Part shown: in pieces, positions 62,086-64,000 of the stretch
Numbering within the stretch: the stretch's first letter is position 1
Layout of the letters: the number at the start of each line of letters is the position of its first letter
Made by a program: the position numbers and the translations under genes
Notes under the pieces: generated by a model
Told to the model about the DNA's origin: nothing
Seen by the model: the letters and a program-made list of their open reading frames with translations, nothing else
The model's database searches: none
NCBI GenBank assembly: GCA_964619465.1
Contig: CAZUES010000005.1
Coordinates: 12,182 to 76,181, forward strand
DNA length: 64,000 nucleotides
From: an uncultured Gemmatimonas sp.
GTDB lineage: Bacteria > Gemmatimonadota > Gemmatimonadetes > Gemmatimonadales > GWC2-71-9
Direction of reading: 5' to 3'

Positions 62086-64000
62086 ATGTCGATTGCCGCC
62101 ACGGCCCTCAGACGGCCCGTCACGACCATTGCCGCCGTCCTGGCGCTGGTACTGCTCGGCGCCGTATCGCTGGGTAAACTTCCGGTCTCGCTGCTGCCGG
62201 ACGTGCAGCTGCCCGTCCTCACCATCCGCACCAGCTATCCCGGCGCCGCCCCGGAAGAGGTGTCGCGCTTCATCGCCGAAGAGATCGAAGAGGCGGTGGC
62301 AGCGACGCCGGGACTGGTCGAACTCAAATCGGTGAGCCGCACCGGCGAAGCGACGACGATCCTGCGCTTCGGCTGGGGCACCGACATGGCCACGACGGTG
62401 CTGCAGGTGCGCGAACGGCTCGACAATGCCCGGACCAACCTGCCCGAGCGCGCCGAGCGACCGACCCTGCTGACCAGCGACCCCGGCGAGCGCCCGATTG
62501 CCGTGCTGGGCCTGACCGGCAGCGGTGACCTGCGCAGCATCGCACGCACCGCCCGCGACGTCCACGCCCGCCGGCTCGAACAGCTGGCCGGAATCGCGAG
62601 CGTGGCGGTGGTCGGCGAGCCCGAGGATGAGATCCGGGTCGAGATCGACCCCGAACGCACCCGTGCGCTGGGCATCACGCCCGATGACGTTGCCGCCGCC
62701 GTGCGCGCAGCGAACCCGCAGGCCCCCGGCGGCACCGTGCGTCGCGGCCAGTTCCGCTTCTCACTCCGGGCGCTGACCGAGTTCCAGACCGTTCAGGAGA
62801 TTGCCAGCACTCCGGTCGGGCCGGCCCGAAGCGGGATCACTCTGCGCGACGTCGGCAGCGTGTCACTCGGCGTGGCCGACCCGACTACGATCACGACGCT
62901 CGATTCCAAGGCCGCCGTCGGGCTAGTGGTATACAAGGACGCGGGGGCCAACACGGTGGCGGTCACCCGCGACATCTACCGCGCCATCGACCTGCTCCGC
63001 GAGGAGTTTCCCGATCTTCAGATCAAGGTGGTGGCCGCGCAGGCGGAGTTCGTCAACGACGCGCTGTCGAACCTGATCCAGGAAATCGTCTTCGGCGGCG
63101 CGCTGTCGCTGATGGTGATCCTGCTGTTCCTGCGTGACTGGCGCAGTTCGCTTACCATCGGCCTGATGGTGCCGCTGTCGGTGATGGTGGCACTGACGCT
63201 GCTCCAGCTGATGGGCGTCACCATCAATATCCTTTCGCTTGGCGGGCTTGCCCTGGGCGTCGGGCTCCTGGTCGATAATGCGATCGTGGTGGCCGAGGTG
63301 ACCAATCGGCACATGGAAAACGGGATGGACCGGACCGAGGCGGCACGGATCGGGACCGAAGAAGTGACCGGTCCGCTGATCGCGGGCACCCTCACCACGC
63401 TGCTCGTCTTCGGCCCGATCGTATTCGTCGAGGGGCTGGCAGCTGCGCTGTTCCGCGACCTGTCGCTCAGTGTGGTCATGTCGGTCGGTGCGTCGCTGGT
63501 GCTGGCGCTGACCCTGATGCCGGTGCTGATGACCCGCGGCAAAGCACGCCCTCGAAAGCCGCCGCGCCCGTCGACCGGTTTCCTCGGCGCGGCCGATCGA
63601 CTGGGGCACCGTTTCGAACATTGGTACGAGGCCGGCATGCGCTGGTCGCTGCAGCATCCGCTGCCCGTCATTGCCATCTCGGCGGCGGTGACGCTGTTCA
63701 CGGTGGCCATCGCGAGCCGGCTGCCGCGGGAAATCCTGCCCCGCGTGGATGAGGGCATCGCGGTGGCGTATCTCCGGCTTCCCGAGGGCACGGCCATCGA
63801 GGAAACGGCCAACCAGGCGCGCCGACTCGAGACGGCCGCCATCACGCTGGGATCCTCGGGCATCTACAGCCGGATCGGTGTCGCAACGGACGAAGAGGTT
63901 CTGGCCGGCGCCGATCCCGGCACGTCCTCATCAGCGCAGCTGCTGATGCCGGTCCCCGACGGCATGAACGCGGCCGTCTTTGCCGAGCGACTGCGGCGGG
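62086..64000 (+). CDS. RND (AcrB/HAE1-like) efflux permease, N-terminal ~638 aa; the gene continues past the window end
   Basis: Not in the track because there is no stop in the window. Manual translation from ATG 62086 gives MSIAATALRRPVTTIAAVLALVLLGAVSLGKLPVSLLPDVQLPVLTIRTSYPGAAPEEV... The frame stays open to position 64000. Confidence 0.8.
   Translation, partial: MSIAATALRRPVTTIAAVLALVLLGAVSLGKLPVSLLPDVQLPVLTIRTSYPGAAPEEVSRFIAEEIEEAVAATPGLVELKSVSRTGEATTILRFGWGTDMATTVLQVRERLDNARTNLPERAERPTLLTSDPGERPIAVLGLTGSGDLRSIARTARDVHARRLEQLAGIASVAVVGEPEDEIRVEIDPERTRALGITPDDVAAAVRAANPQAPGGTVRRGQFRFSLRALTEFQTVQEIASTPVGPARSGITLRDVGSVSLGVADPTTITTLDSKAAVGLVVYKDAGANTVAVTRDIYRAIDLLREEFPDLQIKVVAAQAEFVNDALSNLIQEIVFGGALSLMVILLFLRDWRSSLTIGLMVPLSVMVALTLLQLMGVTINILSLGGLALGVGLLVDNAIVVAEVTNRHMENGMDRTEAARIGTEEVTGPLIAGTLTTLLVFGPIVFVEGLAAALFRDLSLSVVMSVGASLVLALTLMPVLMTRGKARPRKPPRPSTGFLGAADRLGHRFEHWYEAGMRWSLQHPLPVIAISAAVTLFTVAIASRLPREILPRVDEGIAVAYLRLPEGTAIEETANQARRLETAAITLGSSGIYSRIGVATDEEVLAGADPGTSSSAQLLMPVPDGMNAAVFAERLRR

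Noticed and set aside
1-64000. A window-wide search for CRISPR arrays, IS elements/transposases, integrases, prophage genes, and rRNA or tRNA genes.
   Set aside because: I saw no regularly spaced short direct repeats, no DDE/tyrosine/serine recombinase signatures in any frame, and no rRNA-like or cloverleaf-compatible sequence. This was only a visual scan and should be confirmed with tRNAscan-SE, Infernal and ISEScan.

Overview
This is a 64-kb high-G+C bacterial chromosomal segment (roughly two-thirds G+C by eye, with wobble positions strongly G/C). It carries about 58 protein-coding genes on both strands. I found no rRNA, tRNA, CRISPR array, transposase or integrase. Many long ORFs in the six-frame track are antisense shadow ORFs typical of high-G+C DNA, and I discarded them.

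Gene content:
- Aspartate-pathway genes (asd, aspartate kinase), divergent from a ThrC-like / ubiquitin-like sulfur carrier / MoeZ operon.
- Three orphan MacB/FtsX-type ADOP permeases, two of them with PadR regulators.
- Two ECF sigma modules and a VapBC toxin-antitoxin pair.
- Many secreted hydrolases: M20, M28, D-aminoacylase, two SxxK serine hydrolases, and two giant TolB-propeller/amidohydrolase fusions.
- IspH and a class II Fic protein.
- A lower-G+C block with three beta-propeller lipoproteins and a thiopurine-type methyltransferase.
- A TolC-MFP-RND efflux operon that runs off the 3' end.

The repertoire suggests a Gemmatimonadota/Acidobacteriota-like origin, but this is inference only.

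Best candidates for something undescribed:
1. A Thr/Met/Lys-rich leader peptide plus intrinsic terminator (an attenuator) in front of asd-ask. It shares a repeat-rich 412-bp control region with the sulfur-carrier operon.
2. A 38-aa six-Cys zinc-ribbon micro-ORF that overlaps the start of a SplB/PA0069-type radical SAM gene.
3. A duplicated 70-bp AT-rich module carrying eight TGTCGA half-sites in front of the Fic gene.
4. PadR-ADOP modules with unrelated palindromic operators.
5. The beta-propeller/TPMT island.

All functional calls come from motif recognition by eye. None was verified by a database search.
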